NCBI GenBank assembly: GCA_041659405.1 | Contig: JBAZYK010000001.1 | Coordinates: forward strand, 30,001-62,000 | Direction: 5' to 3' | Length of the DNA stretch: 32,000 nucleotides | Source of the DNA: Candidatus Altimarinota bacterium | Lineage (GTDB): Bacteria > Patescibacteriota > Gracilibacteria > UBA1369 | In this document: one piece after another, positions 31,992-32,000 of the stretch | Layout: the number at the start of each line of letters is the position of its first letter | Numbering within the stretch: position 1 is the stretch's first letter | Position numbers and translations under genes: made by a program | The notes under the pieces: generated by a model | The model's input: only the letters and a program-made list of their open reading frames with translations | Told to the model about the DNA's origin: nothing | The model's database searches: none

Positions 31992-32000
31992 AGTTTGAAC

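Noticed and set aside
1-32000. Alternative genetic code (UGA recoding as in Gracilibacteria/SR1)
   Set aside because: All recognisable genes are full length and uninterrupted under the standard code. Several, such as the 24896-27136 CDS, terminate at TAA or TAG where expected. Nothing requires UGA read-through.

Overview
Densely coded 32-kb segment of a low-GC bacterium. It reads cleanly in the standard code, with no sign of UGA recoding. The gene content resembles an uncultivated CPR/Patescibacteria-like lineage: type IV pilus genes, SLH-anchored repeat proteins, many RNA-modification enzymes and almost no Shine-Dalgarno sequences. That taxonomic placement is inference only. Recognisable housekeeping genes are pilC (3' fragment) plus a pseudopilin, nadA, rsmE, dedA, rlmA, rlmH, a GDPD phosphodiesterase, a GNAT, an acyltransferase-3, an HrpA/HrpB-type DEAH helicase, a TTHA0252-like beta-CASP/MBL ribonuclease and one tRNA-Gly(UCC). 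The window is also rich in exported envelope proteins. These include two Thr/Ser-rich repeat proteins with three C-terminal SLH domains each, an Ig-like surface protein, several lipoproteins, a CapA-type lipoprotein and a polytopic membrane protein fused to HEAT repeats. The most unusual stretch is about 16.7-22.9 kb and abuts the 3' end of tRNA-Gly. It holds two class-II Fic enzymes fused to DNA-binding domains, each behind a near-consensus promoter with repeat motifs. It also holds a YtxH protein, a metzincin-like lipoprotein, two orphan proteins and a relic of a sigma-70 region 4.2. The second Fic gene is bracketed by a roughly 35-bp imperfect direct repeat. I saw no CRISPR array, integrase, transposase or reverse transcriptase. 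A nested inverted-repeat element at 9.5-9.6 kb is a candidate structured RNA or MITE. All homology calls come from motif recognition by eye, and no searches were run.
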